DNA of 36,409 nucleotides from Octopus bimaculoides (taxonomy: Eukaryota): positions 65,516,492 through 65,552,900 of the forward strand of contig NC_068989.1 of NCBI RefSeq assembly GCF_001194135.2. Direction: 5' to 3'. This document shows positions 34,128 through 36,409 of this stretch, one piece after another. Position numbers and translations under genes: made by a program. The first letter of the stretch is position 1; each line of letters begins with the position of its first letter. The notes under the pieces are model-generated. The model saw only the letters and a list, made by a program, of their open reading frames with translations. It ran no database searches and was not told the DNA's origin.

Positions 34128-36366
34128 TTAGCAATTATTAAACGAGAGTGTTAATATATGTTCCTTTGTTGTTAATATTTTAGGTTCCTCATTTATTGCT
34201 CCCCACTCTTTCCTTTAAAGTTATTTTTACAATATATGATCCTTTTATGCCTGTCAGATGCTAGCTTTTGTCTATGTTAAATTTATGCATATTTTCCTCG
34301 ATAATTTTCATAATATATAATACATCATTTCAATTCAATGGAAATAGTATACAAGTATAAAACAAAACATAATTTAATAAATTTGTTTTCCAGCATTATA
34401 GCAAAAACATTGGTGGGAGTAATCAATTATAAGATAATAGAAAGATAAAAACGTTTTAGATATTCGTTATTAAACCGTAAAAAGTGAAAAGAGAAATTAT
34501 AATTTTCAGAGAGGAAGAGACAAAAGATAGAAACAAAAAAAAAAAAGGAATTTATGAAAGACAGGGAAAAGGTTAGGTAAACAGAAATATAGAGAGAAAG
34601 AGATTGAATTGAGAGAATATTTTTTTGAACCAAGGTTGATTTCAACAAGCTGTAATGCTTTAGAAATTAGCAAAAGATTTTGATGAACTTATTATATTCC
34701 TGAAACGTAATGTCCTATTTTTCAAAGCTAGCTGCATTAAATTTACTACTGAATTCACGATTGAAGCAACATCAAGCTAAATTCGCTTCAATTAATTTCA
34801 TAACAGCCAGCCGGCCATAACATGGGAGTGAAAAATTCGAAATTACTATTTCAGTTATTCTCAGTGGAGGAATATAATTCAAATGTTCAAGGCTATTACA
34901 GGAATATTGAATGTTAAGATTTTTTTTTTAATTGGTCAATAAATCGAAAACTATGATAAAAGGATTGTGTGCAGTTGTCGGCAAGGCTAGCGAGTAAAAA
35001 TACCTGAGTTTTTTTGTTTTTTTTTAATCAGACAGAAATAACACGTTAAAGCGCATTGCCTGTTCCTGAAATGTTTTTAGAATATTGTGAATGGGCATTA
35101 GAAAGTTATTTTTGACATCCCGATATCAATAGGATTCTGGAAGCTTTGCGTTATTCTCATATTGGCATTGGTTAAATATAAATATGTTAAATATGATACA
35201 GTGGCGGTAGGAGGATAATCCAGTTTCGATCCACATGCAACAAATTATCTTCATATACTTTGTTAATGCTCGCATGGAAACCATTAAGTTCACAATTTCC
35301 ATGTCTGAAAGCACTAAAATCATTGAATAACAAAGCTATATGTAGATTAACCATTTTAATATAGTGATAGGAGCTGAGTTCAAATTCCAGTTATCCAAGT
35401 TTGTGATGTAATTGCTGTTTTCAACAGGAAATAATTTATGGCTTCCAAGTTAGAATTTGTCAAATCATTTTCCCTATTAATTCTTCCTAATTCTTTGATT
35501 TATTGACCAAATTGGTAGAGCAGCGTCGTAAATAAGCTTGTGAATTAGATCATGATGCATCGATTAGCAGAGGTGGTTTACACTTGTCACTCGAGAATCC
35601 CGCTCACATTTTGATGGGGAAAAAAGAAAACAAAGTGATTTCAGATTAGAAGCTTTTAAATGCAGTTAATGGAAGTCCAAAAATGAATTAACAGAATTCA
35701 GAATTTAATTATCAACCACATTACAGAACGAGTGAAGTAAAAGACCCAACTTTTTGTAGCACAAGCGCGCTAATAATGAAGACTATATTGCGTTCTTGAT
35801 TAAAGCATCCAACACCAGATAATATCATTATTATTCTTGATGTGGGTGTTTCTGTTATAGCAATCTGGTGCTGTTTGTTCGGTGTATGGTTGAACCAAGT
35901 TTTATAGTTCTCGATAGAACTATATACCCAATGGAAAATATGGGACACAATACAGCAATCTCGTTCAGAAGCGGGAAGGAATATTTTTATTGGTTAAATA
36001 AAAGTATTAGGTACTAGAGTTGTTACATTACTATAAACATGTTTAAAAAAAAGGCGTGATTTTATAGAAGAGATTTGATGCTTCTTTTCAAAGACATGGA
36101 GTGATGGTTTGTCATCTCAGTGAAATAACAAGCTTATATGAGCCAATGTAGAGACCAACTTAGTGATCATTCTATCTGTTTAAAGTTAGGCAAACAGATT
36201 TTTTTCATATTATATGCAAATGTCTTAAAAGAGAAGGATTCGATGGATGATACCATATTATGGGTAAGCAACATCAACACCAGCAAAAGTGACAACAACG
36301 ATATTATACTAATATAAACTCGTTAAACAAACGACTACAGAGAGGATAATGCAAAAAAGTTAGATT

Positions 36367-36369
<3 letters not shown>

Positions 36370-36409
<40 letters not shown>
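36370..36409. repeat. (AT)n microsatellite at window end
   Basis: Direct inspection. Confidence 0.95.

Noticed and set aside
35126-35323. Cys-loop-receptor-like phrase CIIFNIFIFNQC (-)
   Set aside because: Only 10 residues between the cysteines instead of 13, no FPFD, and no flanking motifs.
36030-36270. TIR box-2-like CLKKRRDF (+)
   Set aside because: No YDAF box 1, wrong spacing to downstream elements, multiple stops.

Overview
AT-rich eukaryotic scaffold with seven N-gaps, each flanked by microsatellites. The repeat families look like those of an octopus (recalled, not database-verified). No confidently identifiable host gene, rRNA, true tRNA or CRISPR array. Bases 1-30,500 are a mosaic of microsatellites, four SINE or SINE-like families (called A-D here), Penelope-like element (PLE) remnants, one Helentron/HINE-like element and a decayed RTE-clade LINE. 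Four observations stand out. (1) Six minimal type-I hammerhead-ribozyme-like motifs lie in the first 11.2 kb (four well folded, two weak), mostly with palindromic helix III and a T-rich tail running into (TA)n; two sit downstream of GIY-YIG coding remnants. (2) The RTE insertion has an exact 14-bp TSD and an inverted 5' half, a twin-priming-type structure. (3) SINE-B copies form head-to-tail arrays. (4) A compact Pol II promoter-like cluster lies at about 24.7-24.9 kb, and a 5.9-kb repeat-poor block at 30.5-36.4 kb has LRR-like open frames of uncertain status. Most ORFs in the supplied track are microsatellite or N-gap artefacts. Boundaries of decayed repeats are approximate (about 10-20 bp).
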